From: Octopus bimaculoides
Lineage: Eukaryota
Length of the DNA: 41,372 nucleotides
Assembly (NCBI RefSeq): GCF_001194135.2
Contig: NC_068983.1
Coordinates: 140,766,689-140,808,060 of the forward strand
Reading direction: 5' to 3'
Under the pieces are notes generated by a model that worked only from the letters and a program-made list of their open reading frames with translations, was not told the origin of the DNA and searched no databases. The position numbers and the translations under genes were made by a program. Each line of letters starts with the position of its first letter. The stretch's first letter is position 1. Of the stretch, positions 22,871-35,908 are shown in pieces.

Positions 22871-24666
22871 CTGTCTTCATTCTTGAAGGATTATTAAAAC
22901 ATGATATTGCTTGATATGCGATATAGACGAAATCAACAACCCACTTTTTATATTGCATTTTCGGTAATAGTGATAAATACGAAAGTCAAATGTAGAAGAC
23001 ACAAATCCGAAAACTTTTAGATGTGATATGAACGTGGCATGAGTAAGTTATTAAAATTTTAAATCACTTATTCAAATATGATGCTGGTGATTTCTGGTAC
23101 GGCATGTCCAATTATTATTCTCGATTTATCTCAGTTTTCAAAGATATCTAGAATATGTAGGCAAAATTCTTCGTGGAAAATTGGAAAAGAAGGATTATCA
23201 TACATTGATAAATATTTTTATTTATAAAGCGTTATACCTCGCCAATATGTTTCATAACCATTTTACCATCGAGCCAATGATAAAAAAATATTGTATGTTC
23301 TTGTGCCTTCTGCTATAACAACAACCAGTTCTGCCATAGATATTGCTCTACCAAATTTTCTAGGAAGATGATACGTTTTATTTACTCTACAAATATGCCG
23401 GATAAAATACCATTCGATCGAAGTACTGCTTGCTCGGGGATGACGGTGGTAAAACAGTAACTATATTTTTCATATATGCATATTTATTGAGAGTGTGCAC
23501 AAATATTAGCCCTTCACTTCAGAGAAAAACGATATATGTTTAAATTCGTGGCAGGTTTGATAAAATAATATTGCAGCTCTATTATTGCACAGGTAGATAA
23601 AAACTGACAGCATGAAAACAGATAACAGACAAGGTATCAACTAACATTTACATTGTCATTGAGCAAGCTACAAGCAATGTGTGATGTCAAACGCAATTTC
23701 TCTAATGATAAAAATATTCAATATTCCGAGCTACTGGAAATATATTAGCATATGCGTAGCTGAAAGGGTATTTTACTGTGAAACTTTGTTATTAATCATG
23801 ATCTGAAGCTTTTGTTCCTTCTTGACAAAGAAGTGACAATTGTGGAGTTGGTGTCCTTATGCGTTGTGGCCAAACAATATATGTTGATTATCGCTTTTTG
23901 TAGGATGAGAATACAATTCTCCTAACCGTGTCAGTTAAAAAGCATGGAATCTTTCCATTACAGAAGAACCTGGTATTCATAAGAAAAACTTTATGACTCC
24001 CAGGTTTTCCTATAATTGACAATGGAATTTTTATAAAATTGGTTTATATCAGCGTTTTATATTTAATCATTTCTCACCTGTGCTCTATACTTGTATAAAA
24101 CGAGCTAAAAGCAAATTTTGAAAGAATGCACCGATTTTATGAAATGAGATCACGTTATTGTAAACGTACAAACCCTAGCGAAACTTATTTCACTAAATTA
24201 GTGCTTCACAGTAATTCCTTACTGAAAAAATTTACTCCTCACATCTCATCGAATATATGGTCTTTGTAAGATGATGATTAAAATTTTGCCCATAAAAATA
24301 TTTGTTGAAAACACTTTCTTGGGTACTAGAAATATTTGCCTTCGCATGAAAGCGGCAGAGATGACAGAAAACACAGATGATATTACTACTACTTAGTTTA
24401 ACCCTGCTGGAAATATATCGTTTTGGAAGGATGCACCAATAGAGTTCAGTAGCGAAGAATTTCTTAAATGAAAATATATTATTATACACAATTTATCGTC
24501 GAAATTTAGTAACGTGTGTATGTTTTAAAATCCACTCACGCTATCATTTCTATAACTTTTGTGGCTGCAAAGATAGCTTTTGCTAAATACCAGATTCAGT
24601 GAATTTTGATTTCATTCTCAAAATATGTTTTTATCGTCAAATACTGATTCTAATATTTTCTCGAAG

Positions 24667-24820
24667 ACGGCGAGCTAGCAGAATCGTTAGCACGCCCGGC
24701 AAAATGCTTAGCAGCAAACTTTCGAGGTCTATAAAATAAGGACCACTTAAGTACTGGGGTCGATGTAATTGATTCCCCCCTCCTACGAACGTGCTAGCGT
24801 ATGCCAAAATTTGGAATCAA
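24667..24820 (+). mobile_element. SINE family 1 with internal deletion (B box lost)
   Basis: Head GGCGAGCTAGCAGAATCGTTAGCACGCCCGGCAAAATGCTTAGC joined directly to TTTCGAGGTCTATAAAATAAGG... Confidence 0.85.
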
Positions 24821-24837
24821 CATTTTGTCGAAGTACA

Positions 24838-25055
24838 AGGTGACGAGCTGGCTGAATCGCTAATACGCCGGACGAAATGCTTAGCGGCATTTCGTTAGTC
24901 GTTACATTCTGACTTTAAATTCCATCGAAGCTGACTTTACTTTTTATTCTTTCGTTGTCGATAAAATGAGCACCAGTTGAACACTGGGGCCGATTAAGTT
25001 TGACTTACTTCCTTTCTCGAAATTGCTGGCCTTGTACAACATTTAGAAACCAATA
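24838..25055 (+). mobile_element. SINE family 1, full length, diverged
   Basis: Collinear with the 17733 copy over head and body; flanked by TTGTCGAAGTAC at 24825-24836 and 25058-25069. Confidence 0.88.
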
Positions 25056-26044
25056 TCTTGTCGAAGTACCCAATAGCAGCATCTGGCGAACAAAACTGGT
25101 AACAACACTGCTTATAACTTCAAAATGATGTTATTTTATGCTTACTTGTGATCTTATAACAGGTCAAAATTTCTGTTTTTGTACTCCTAAATTATTTTGT
25201 TCTTTATAATTGAAACGTAAGAGCGAAGCGAACGATGAAATCAAACTTATGGATATTTTATTTGCTCAGAAACTTCTTTTTAAAGTACATCGTATAAAAA
25301 TGACATGGTGCACTATGAAATTTGCATATTAGAAATCATTTAAATTATGTTTGAATGTTCAGAAAGTAAATGAATTCCTTTGCAAAACAGGAAATTTCAT
25401 ATATGTGACAGAAGTACATTTTTAAGCACAATATTCACTTAAAATACTTCCATGTAAAATACATATAATTTTATTGGACGTTACAATGATTTCTGAGTAA
25501 CATTTTAGTAAACATATTGTTTAGATATTCACGAGATAATAAATTCTTCGCAAAACCGAAAATATCCCATTTCAATCAGAATTTTAGAGGAAGAAAAGCA
25601 AATACTAAAAATACACATACATACAAAAACGATATATATATACGCATGTTCGGGGCACGTAACTAACATAAAAACAGATATTCCGGGGACCTTTTGCTTG
25701 TGCTTGAGATTATAGTGCTCTCCCATTCCTGAGCCTATGACCCATAATGGCACGAGATATCTTGCCCTGACTTGTCTCTGGATAATCTTATTAGGGTTGA
25801 TAGGTCTGTCAGGTAATTTGCAAGTCTTATTGGACCTAAACTTTGAGGTAGTGCAACGTCTGAGAAGGCGACTATCTGACGCCCAGTGAAGTAGGAGGGC
25901 GCTGCAGCGAGCATGGAAGCTACGGACACGAACGCAAGTAAAGCCGACTACAGGTGCAATAACCTCATGCATGGATATTACAGGCATTTTACATGGGCAC
26001 TAGTTAGTGATGAGCTTGCTCAGTCTCGAGTGGAGAGCACTCAT

Positions 26045-26382
26045 CATACACACACAGACACACACACACACACACACATACACATGTACACACAGACTCA
26101 TACACTAGCACACAAACAGGTACATATATATATATATATATATATATANNNNNNNNNNNNNNNNNNNNNNNNNNNNNNNNNNNNNNNNNNNNNNNNNNNN
26201 NNNNNNNNNNNNNNNNNNNNNNNNNNNNNNNNNNNNNNNNNNNNNNNNNNNNNNNNNNNNNNNNNNNNNNNNNNNNNNNNNNNNNNNNNNNNNNNNNNNN
26301 NNNNNNNNNNNNNNNNNNNNNNTATATACATATTCACGAACTTATGTATGTTAATATACTTGTATAAATATGTATACCTACA

Positions 26383-26439
<57 letters not shown>

Positions 26440-26490
26440 ATATATATATATACATACGTACATACATAAATACATACATACATATATACC
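26045..26490. repeat. (CA)n/(TA)n/(TG)n microsatellite cluster around an N gap
   Basis: Directly visible. Confidence 0.9.
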
Positions 26491-26786
26491 GATCTGTATT
26501 TATCAAATACAAGGATCCAAGTGAAGGAAGCTTGTAAACTTCGAGCATTCCATGGTAAATATAAGAAACAACGTTCAGGAACAATACTAATATATTAGCG
26601 TCGAAGATTGTAGGCTTTTCCCACATCGCTGCTCAAGATAGTGAGAAATAGTTAAATAAATATTTCACTTATGGCATTTTATGGAAATACAACAGAAATG
26701 CATATGCATATAATGATGAAAAGAAACTAATTTACAAACTGACTAAAACTGACAATTCAGTGGGCTCTAAAAGAACGCAAATATTT

Positions 26787-27019
26787 TACTCTCTTTACTC
26801 TTTTACTTGTTTCAGTCATTTTGACTGAGGCCATGCTGGAGCACCGCCTTTAGTCGAGCAAATCGACCCCAGAACTTATTCTTTGGAAGCCTAGTACTTA
26901 TTCTATCGGTCTCTTTTGCCGAACCGCTAAGTTACAGGGACGTAAACACACCACCATCGGTTGTCAAGCGATGCTGGAGGGACAAACACAGACACACAAA
27001 CATTTATACACATACTCAT

Positions 27020-27051
<32 letters not shown>

Positions 27052-27219
27052 NNNNNNNNNNTATATATATGACGGGCTTCTTTCAGTTTCCGTCTACCAA
27101 ATCCATTCACAAGGCTTTGGTCAGCCCGAGGCTATAATAGAAGACACTTGCCCAAACTGCCACGCAATGGGACTGAACCCGAAACCATGTGGTTAGTAAG
27201 CAAGCTACTTACCACACAG
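26787..27219 (-). mobile_element. tRNA-derived SINE, family 2, near full length, with an internal (TA)/(TG) microsatellite
   Basis: Minus strand: CTGTGTGGTAAGTAGCTTGC (A box), GGTTTCGGGTTCAGTCCC (B box), TTGGGCAAGTGTCTTCT domain, microsatellite, then a body ending AAACAAGTAAAAGAGTAAAGAGAGTA. Confidence 0.88.
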
Positions 27220-28529
27220 TCTTATATAAAAAATATATATATTTATCGTTTTAAAGTACATACTACTGTTTGATCCAAATAAATACGTATTCTATCGTTG
27301 ACATCATGTATACCAAATGCTATAAAACTGTACTTCTATTACGTGAGATAAATTTCAGTAGTTTACAATAAGTTTACTATGCACCTTCTCTCACTAGATG
27401 TGGTTAATCCGAGGGAATATAACATTAGAAATAACCCCCTAGTGTACTAATAACGTGAACTTCTTCCATATGAGATTTAGTTTGTGGTTAATATTTTCTT
27501 TTTTCTTATGTTGAGAACTGGGATTTTTCGTGCTATAAATATAAATTCATATGTAACAAAAAAAACAGCATGCGATTTTCACAGTGTGTACAAATAACGA
27601 AGAACCTTATTATTATAGTAATGCTAATGATGCAGCTTATGGCATATCGCTTCACTGGCAATGTATAGGCTCAAATAACTGCATTTTATTGGCGAATAAA
27701 ACCAATATTTTTCAGTTCTTGGATTAATGTGCTTCAAATCAGAAAGTGTACTGTGAAGTCATACCTTATATGGAATTTAGCGTTAGATTTAAGATTGTCT
27801 ATCTTTGTTCCAAATTTATGGCTGCATGAAAAATAAATTAAAAAGAACGCAGAAAGCAGAATCATTCAATTAATCAGAATCCAGTCCTCTAAAATTTATG
27901 TGCCACCTGACGGCAATCATGTTTACTCTTGTGCACTATTGGAAATGTTGTTCTGTAATTCGGTAAAGTTAGTATTCTTGCCAAGCCACGTCAGGAAAGA
28001 ATTTTAATTACATTTCTATTTTGGACAGAAAATATCAACATGATATTTTTATTGGATTAGACATAATATAACAAATACCTTGTTCAATATTTAGACGTGA
28101 CTTGACGTTATTGGTCAGTTGAACATCTATTCACTGAATCACTGTTATAGATTTATTAAAGCCACAGGCTTCTCAGATATATTACTAATGTAAACTTCGG
28201 AGAAATACTGTAAACTTTGAAACCTACATCAATGAGGATCGTATCGAAAAATACAGTGAACGGATGTAAATATAGGTGTGTGAATGTCTGCGTTTTCTTT
28301 TAAATGTGTGAGTGTGTCTGAATACATACATACCTGTGTGTCATATATATGTATACGCACACACACACGCGCATGATGTAGAAATTATCACAGAAGAAAT
28401 ACAAAAGAGAAAGGGATGATAAAGCTACAAAGAGAAAGAGAAAGACACAAAGAAGTATAGAGAGCAACATGCAATAGTGAGCTTAGTATTCGAAATACAG
28501 TACGTTGTATTCCAAGCTGATGATCCACT

Positions 28530-28694
28530 GCTCTCACTCTCTTTCTCTCTTCCTTTCTTTGTCTATTTTCCCTCCTCTCTCTCTCACACACACACAAACT
28601 CTCTTTCTCTCTTTCTATCACTGTCTCACACTACTGTGTGTTGATAGATGTATAAATGTGTGCGTATATATTTGTAGGTATGTTTTTTATGTGT

Positions 28695-28760
<66 letters not shown>
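28530..28760. repeat. (CT)n/(CA)n and (GT)n microsatellites
   Basis: Directly visible. Confidence 0.9.
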
Positions 28761-28762
<2 letters not shown>

Positions 28763-29737
28763 AATAGAAGTCTACAAAACTATAAGCGAACTATTTTCCT
28801 GTCATTAAAAGATGGATTAGTATGCCTATCATTAAAATAAGGTGTACGCGATGTTTAAGCAATGGAGTGCGTATGAGTTATTCCAAAAGTGAAAAGAAGA
28901 AATTTAGATAACATAGAAATCATAAACACTATTGCATAAAAATCAATTTATACTAACATTTAGAGCCTAAATAATACATGCTTCTAACTGCACACAGGTA
29001 TGATATATCAGTGTGAGGGAAATAACTCCTTTTGAATTGTGGTATTTAGATTCTTTTAAGTACAGAGATAATATATCTACGAAACACCATTTCATTCCAT
29101 ATTTTATGAAGTTTACTGCCTCAGTCAGTCATTTGGTGACGTATAATTTCAAAGTGAGATGGAGTAACATATCTGAATGAATATTTCTTCCAATGTGGTC
29201 TTGACATAATCTCAGTATTGTTTCATTTAAACTGTTGAAAAAAAAATAGACACACTACCGATACAAATAGGCCATGCCCAATTATTTGCTACGGATTTTA
29301 AACAACGCAAATCCTGAATTATTTCAAAGTCAATTGAATTGGAGAAGCTTTGCAGCAAATTTTCTTTCGTGTTTCTTATATGTAAGATTATCGATGAAAA
29401 TATACTTCAAATCACTCTTTGTTCAAGACGTTATAAGAAATTTCTAGAGATAACTTTCTAGACTGGCGTTAGTATATATTCTATCTATGTCTACGTGTCA
29501 GTTTTACTCTCTCACATTCTCACTCTCCGTCTCTCCACCCCTCCCCCTCTCTCTCTCTCAATTTTACAGCTACATTCTAGCAAAGATAGCACAAACACGG
29601 ATACGATACTTATTCCAAATTTGAAATTGATTTAGTTTATATACGGTTCTATTTCACTACTACAATATTTCATCGCTACCAAAATGAACAAAATTTTAAT
29701 GTATTAACTTTTATAAAAGCTTGTAATTAATTCCGTA

Positions 29738-30576
29738 CAGGGTGCGTTCAAAACCTATCAGATTATATTAGCTCCTGCTAAAACTAATGCTACCCCAAAA
29801 AATACTTTAAGTAGACATTCCCCACACCCTTCCACCACATGCGTGGGAAATATCGCGCCAGTTGGCAACGTCGGTTTCCGATTGTTATGCCCAGAGTAGA
29901 CACGTATAGTGCACATTCGTCAGATTTTCATTTTAACCAAATGCATCGAACAGAAATAGTGTATCAAATCTAATTCAAACCTTGGTGATACTCAACCTGA
30001 AACCACCCAGAAGATCCAGCAGGCCTTTGGTGATGATACCAAGGCAAAACCTCAGATCCACAAACTGAAACAAGGAGCTGATTGAGGAGATTCGACGAAT
30101 AGTGATAGAAGACCATTAAGTGACAACCCAGGAAAATGCTTACGAATTGGAAATAAGCAGAGAATCAGCGCATTCCATTTTAACGGAGGACTTGCGCACG
30201 CAGAATGTCGGTGAAATTTGTCACCAGGGCGTTGGCATATCCACAGTAGCAACTCTGCATGAAAATCGCTCAGGCCATGCCAAACAGTGCAAATCACGAC
30301 ACAGGCTTCATGAAAACCATAATGACTGATGATGAGACTTGGATTTGTGGTCTCTGGCGGATGCGTTCAGTCATCTTCCATAAAAAGAAAAATCCGACCA
30401 ACGCGCACATGTTTGTTCTCTGGGCGTAAAAGCTGGAAACTGATGAAACCTACCACTGCACAAATTTTCGCGGATGCGCAAGAAAGTTGGCGTCACCGCC
30501 AGCCGAAATGATTTTGCTCAGCGGCATTGGTTTTGGCGAGAAAAAGTAAAGATTGCTAGATTTTGAACGCTCCTCA
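29738..30576 (+). mobile_element. Internally deleted mariner (Tc1/mariner) element with imperfect TIRs and TA target duplication
   Basis: Left TA|CAGGGTGCGTTCAAAACCTA versus right (reverse complement) TA|TGAGGAGCGTTCAAAATCTA. Relic transposase IEQK*CIK..LGDTQPETTQKIQQAFGDD, ELEISRESAHSILTEDL, FMKTIMTDDETWI (ITGDETW motif). Confidence 0.88.
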
Positions 30577-30726
30577 TAAACTCATTCCATAGTTTTTTTA
30601 AACCATTAACAGGGAAAACAGCATGGATTAAAGTAATTAGTAGTAAAGTAGTTCATGTGGCTTTGCTCTCGCTCATTTGAAACCTAAAGAACAAGATCTA
30701 TAAAATATATGTAGTATAAAACATAC

Positions 30727-30810
30727 AGAACGAACTCATAAAGAACGAACTCATAAAGAACGAACTCATAAAGAACGAACTCATAAAGAACGAACTCATA
30801 AAAAACGAAC
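30727..30810 (+). repeat. 15-bp minisatellite (AGAACGAACTCATAA) x5 plus a partial unit
   Basis: Five perfect units starting at 30727, 30742, 30757, 30772 and 30787. Confidence 0.97.
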
Positions 30811-33351
30811 ACTTGTTGGGTGTCAACTATGTCGTTGCATGACCGCTGATTTACTGAAAGGCGAAATAAAATCAATTAAATTCTTACCTAATCAGATATT
30901 GTTTGTTTGCTACGTCAGTATGCTTACTTTGTCGCAGATAGTTGGATACTAGCATCAATACAATCCCTTCACTGGAGGTGAATCATTAGAGCCATAGCTG
31001 AACTTCTAAACCGCTGCAGTTATCAGTTTTACAGTTCCACAGTGATTTCTACATGTTCCAGAAAAAAAAAAACATGCTACATTTTCACAATTGTAGTTCG
31101 GATCAATAAAGGACACACAGCCGGCAAGAGTTAAGGAGAAATTATGTATGCTGTCAACAGAATAAAACAAAAGAGTCTACAGTGAGATGACAAGTTCAAC
31201 AATTTCTAGATAACTTTCTTTAAAAAAAAAAATGCGTCAATTGTATGCAGACACTTTACACGCGTGTTTACAAACAAGCACAACAACATATTTCTTTACA
31301 GAGACCTATATTCACTTCTGTGGATTTTGTTACATTTCGGTCACTATTTCTCCAATTTCTAGTAATTTTCTGTGAAGAGCAATTTGTCATCACACGGGCA
31401 CAGCACAATCTAACTTGTAAATAGCATATAATTTATATACACACATTTATGTGCGTGTGTGTGTGTGTGTGTGTGTGTTTGTGCGTGCGTGTATGAGTGT
31501 GTGCCCGCGCGTGCGTGTTGAGTGGTGTAAAACAATTTATCATTTTTACTGTGTGTTATCATGAAGTCTATAATTTGTGTAAGTTGTACATGGTAAATTT
31601 TGTAAAATCTCAATAAATACTGCCATATGCATAATGCGTTATAAAGACACAAAATAGGTGCATCTTCATTTACTTGGTGTGAGCATGATATAAAACTCTC
31701 TGATTTGTAAATTTTGAACTTTAGATACAGTCCGAAAATATCCCTACAGGTAGTGGGATATAATTTGCAATCTCGAACCACCTGGATACGGTTATTCTTT
31801 TCGTCACGTCGTCTTAATATATACCACAAAATATATTATTTAAGGAAAATAGTGTTTATCAAAGTATCGAATCTTGAAGATATTAAACTGACGTATTTGA
31901 CGCAGTATCCCGTCGGTCAAGAGAATATTATCTATAGGAATTAATCCTTTCAGTTATATTCTTATTAGATCTGGAGTGCTCTCAGTTCTTAGCTGATGTA
32001 CAAACATGTAAAATATGTGATCATTTATGCTAATAAATAGACTGAGCATCTTATTGCTAAGTTATTGAAGTCGACATAAAACATCTCTGAACACGTATTG
32101 AACGTTGAACGTCAGCTTCGTTTAAGTAGTTCCCCAAATCTGTGGGTTGGAAGTGTACGTTACGATGGTCACTTTTTCGAATGAGCCTTCAAACAGAAAC
32201 AAAATCTAAATTGTTTCCACGAGAAAGTAAGTCAGATTTTCCTATTCTACGCGCCCTAGAAATATGCGTATCATTTTGTTAAGCACATTCATATTTCAAT
32301 AATAAATAAATATGTAACCATGAGAGATTTGACATATTTTGCATTCACTTATGCCGACACATGACTATAGAATTACGTAAGAAATTAATCATGTAGTTTT
32401 GTATTATTCATTCAGTTAAAAAACAGTAATTGTAGCATAAAGAATCCAATTTCAAATCGCTTGAATCGTCAGTTTTGCGTTCTGATACTCTTTGTTTATT
32501 TCTATTTTTGTGTGTTTTGTGTTTCTTTCGAAGCAAAACTGATTTAAAACTTATTTGAAAGACCCACAGCTAATGCAATTGCACATTAATTGAATTCAAG
32601 TTTTCTCTTCCGGAAAAATATTTGATTTTTGTTTTTAATTTCAATATTAAAAAATGTTAAACGATTGCAAAAATATAGTTTCCACTGCAATTCTCTTCCA
32701 ATTAGGATAGATTGTGAGCGGAGCCACCTAATATTAAGGAGATCAAAATATAAGCAGCTTCGAAGGGAATGAAATGTAATCGATTCAGATATACATTTAC
32801 TCGACAACATCATGCAATACAAAATTGTATGAGTCACAACTAGTAAAGAAATCTTATGTTTAAATTAGAATACGAAAGTTGCTGGAGCATAAGCTGACGG
32901 CAATGTAATTACAAAGAACATAAATGCTATAGAAAAAGAAACCACAACAATAGAACCATTCTCGAGAAGGAGATTGAAATCAAAGAAAATCGGATTTAAA
33001 TACAATGAAACTAGAAACTAATAAAAAGAAATTAGAAAAGAATTAAACAAACTAGTAAAGCAGTAAAGCAGAAAAAAAAGTTCACGAAAGAACAAATAAC
33101 AAAATTGACCCAGACTACCAGGCAAGATGTGTTGAATTTGAAAATTTGGAAAGGTTTTAAATAAATTAAATTGCTCTGGAAACATTAGAAAAATTACATT
33201 AACATCTGTAGAGATTCTTTGTGAAAACAATCATAGTGAAAACATAGTGGACAACATGAGTATTGTATATGTGTGTAACGGATTGAGTTGTCAAGCACAT
33301 TTGTGAATATATGATATACATACATCGTACACACTCTCACACACACATGTA

Positions 33352-33375
33352 AATATCTATCTATCTATCTATCTA

Positions 33376-33461
<86 letters not shown>
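33352..33461. repeat. Compound (ATCT)n-(CT)n-(AT)n microsatellite
   Basis: Directly visible. Confidence 0.95.
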
Positions 33462-33463
<2 letters not shown>

Positions 33464-34474
33464 GTGTGGGTATGCCTTGGTAAAACGATCTTGAATTGCG
33501 AACGTGCTTTGTATGGCACCACAATAAGAAATTGAAAATAAATTGTATTAAACTTATATTGACTTAAGCTCAACTGTAATCTAGTAAATTGATGTTCTGT
33601 TCTTTGTTTTAAAAATGAAAATCAATAGAGAAGGAATTGCTTTCAAATACTTGCCACTGAAGCACTTCAATATCAATCCACTCAGTGAATGGAACAGATG
33701 GTGGCTTGATAGGATTACATTTACTTTTCTTTATTATTTGAAATAATTTATTTTATACAAGCCCTAATGACGATGTCATACTGATCTCATATGAATAATA
33801 GTATTAGATCGATATATTTACAAGAGTAAACCCATTTGACTTCTTTGGGCCCTATATTAGATGAAGTCAATCATATATAATACCTAAAAACAGGTATTCA
33901 CATACATATTTTTGTAATTAATTTGTGCATTTCTAAAATATGGTCGATATTGAAAGCACGGACACGTGCATTCTGTTTTCGAATTCCACTGATGTTTCAT
34001 ACATTTTGCTTTCGATACAATAAATTAAAGGTGAAATACTAAGGTCCCTTAATCAGCATTTCAGGCTTAACGGTGAGATTATAGACAGTTATCTTGTAGG
34101 ACGGTCTAAAAATGTTATCATGTTACTCGCTCCAACTTCGATGTCGATGAAAGTGCCAAATACCACGCATCCTTGATTGACAGATAATGTCCTGCATACG
34201 TCTAACACGTTATTTGTTTCCACACATTATGTACCGTCGCTGAGTTATTTTTAGACAAATGTGACCCGAATTCATTTATGAAGGTTTATTTCACGCTAAT
34301 AAAGAAGCGGTTCTTGTTTTTCCTCACTTTGCATTCGAATATCCAAGGAGAAGGAAACACATTCACGTCCAAAACACTTAATCTAATACATCTAATACAT
34401 GAGAAGCTGAAGTTAAACTGAAAGCAGTAACCACAATTCAAGCTATATGTGTGTTGAGTACTATATTATATCTT

Positions 34475-35129
34475 TTTCTCACCCACTCGTCTACGCAGGC
34501 CCTGCAGTGGGGACTATAACTTTGAGATTCAGTTTCAACTCATAACTCACCACTTCATCCTACGTGGATATCCCCTTACCATTATTCACACTGCCCTTGC
34601 CCAGGCACGATATGTAGACCGTGCTTCTGCTCTTTCTCCTCACAACCAGTCACCCTTACCCATCACCTGTGTTCCCTCACTTACACCCCTCCATCCTAGC
34701 CTTCCAACGCACGATTCTCCGGGCCGTCCGGCGACTCCAGTCCAACCGACCCCTCCGCCTAGCACATATTCCAAAACCTACCGCTTCCACTCCTTCAAAC
34801 GATCCCATAAAATGGTACCCGCTACCGTCCCTATCACATCACCAAATTCTTTACTTGCACTTCTAGTAATGTTATTTATTACATCTGTTCTCTCTGTCCG
34901 TCCCTGTACATGGGTGAGACGGAATGCCACTTGGCTGGTCGGTTCGCAGAGCACCTCCAAGACATCAAATTTGGCAATGACTTCCTGGTCTCGCGCCTCT
35001 TCCGCTGTATCAGTCACTCGCTACATCTGTCTGTGTTCGGTTACGCACCTTCGCCGTCAACAGGAATTAATCTTCTCTTTTCGTTTCTATGTACCACATG
35101 GGCTCAATTCCCTATCTCTCTTCATCTAA
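34475..35129 (+). mobile_element. Penelope-like element 3' part: RT thumb plus GIY-YIG endonuclease (frameshifted)
   Basis: RLRRPCSGDYNFEIQ..FILRGYPLTIIHTALAQAR; FTCTSSNVIYYICSLCPSLYMGETECHLAGRFAEHLQDIK; LRRQQELIFSF..PHGLNS. Confidence 0.88.
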
Positions 35130-35443
35130 CACCAACCCCACACGGAATCCCACATTCAACTACCCCCTTCACCTACACACCTGAATACCGCCTACCTCGG
35201 TACCCTCAACACACGGATACCACTATCCAAACACCTATACACATTGTTCAGCTCATTGCTCACTTCACCACCATTACATACACACCCACAGACACATTCC
35301 CACTCAACACACACTAGCACCGAACACTTCTGAGCGCCCACACGCATATACACAGTCCATACGTATTCACTTGCCTTCATTCACACATACATACACACAC
35401 ACAGCACTCTCACATACATATCCGCTTGCGCATCTTAGCGTTA

Positions 35444-35461
35444 ATATTATTATTATTGCTC

Positions 35462-35544
<83 letters not shown>

Positions 35545-35549
35545 ATTGT
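35444..35549. repeat. (ATT)n-(GTT)n microsatellite
   Basis: Directly visible. Confidence 0.97.
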
Positions 35550-35881
35550 TTCCCTTCTTTCACTCAGCCTCTTTTTTCCAGTTATCACGACATGCTGCAG
35601 CGTTGAACCCTTTCTGGAGANNNNNNNNNNNNNNNNNNNNNNNNNNNNNNNNNNNNNNNNNNNNNNNNNNNNNNNNNNNNNNNNNNNNNNNNNNNNNNNN
35701 NNNNNNNNNNNNNNNNNNNNNNNNNNNNNNNNNNNNNNNNNNNNNNNNNNNNNNNNNNNNNNNNNNNNNNNNNNNNNNNNTATATATATATATATATATG
35801 CTTTTTCATAATGTAACCTCGTGGGCATCGGTACCATTTTCCTCTTTCTCCGTTCTTCCATTCTCCGAACTTTCCATCTTT

Positions 35882-35908
35882 CCGACGAAGGGCTACGCCC
35901 GAAACATC
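35882..35908 (+). ncRNA. Degenerate minimal hammerhead ribozyme motif downstream of the PLE GIY-YIG end
   Basis: CCGACGA-A-GGGC-TAC-GCCC-GAAAC-ATC: intact 4-bp stem II and GAAAC; U4>C in the core; ATC where a palindromic GTC is expected. Confidence 0.6.

Noticed and set aside
23927-23995. Plus-strand exon-like segment DENTILLTVSVKKHGIFPLQKNL
   Set aside because: Good acceptor but weak donor (GTATTC), and no partner exons identified.
26005-26025. TGATGAGC-TT-GCTC hairpin resembling a hammerhead stem II
   Set aside because: No GAAA follows the stem, and the CUGA core is absent.
26787-27219. tRNA gene
   Set aside because: The A/B boxes belong to a SINE head; there is no complete cloverleaf. 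The same holds for all family 1 heads.
30727-30810. CRISPR array or (YEFVL)n coding repeat
   Set aside because: Perfect tandem units without spacers; the ORF is a by-product of the 15-bp period.
32880-33260. A-rich, LINE-like stretch
   Set aside because: Multiple stops and no recognisable motif; cannot be assigned to a family.
33615-33745. Short open frames on both strands (e.g. PPSVPFTEWIDIEVLQW)
   Set aside because: No convincing splice sites or homology; expected by chance.
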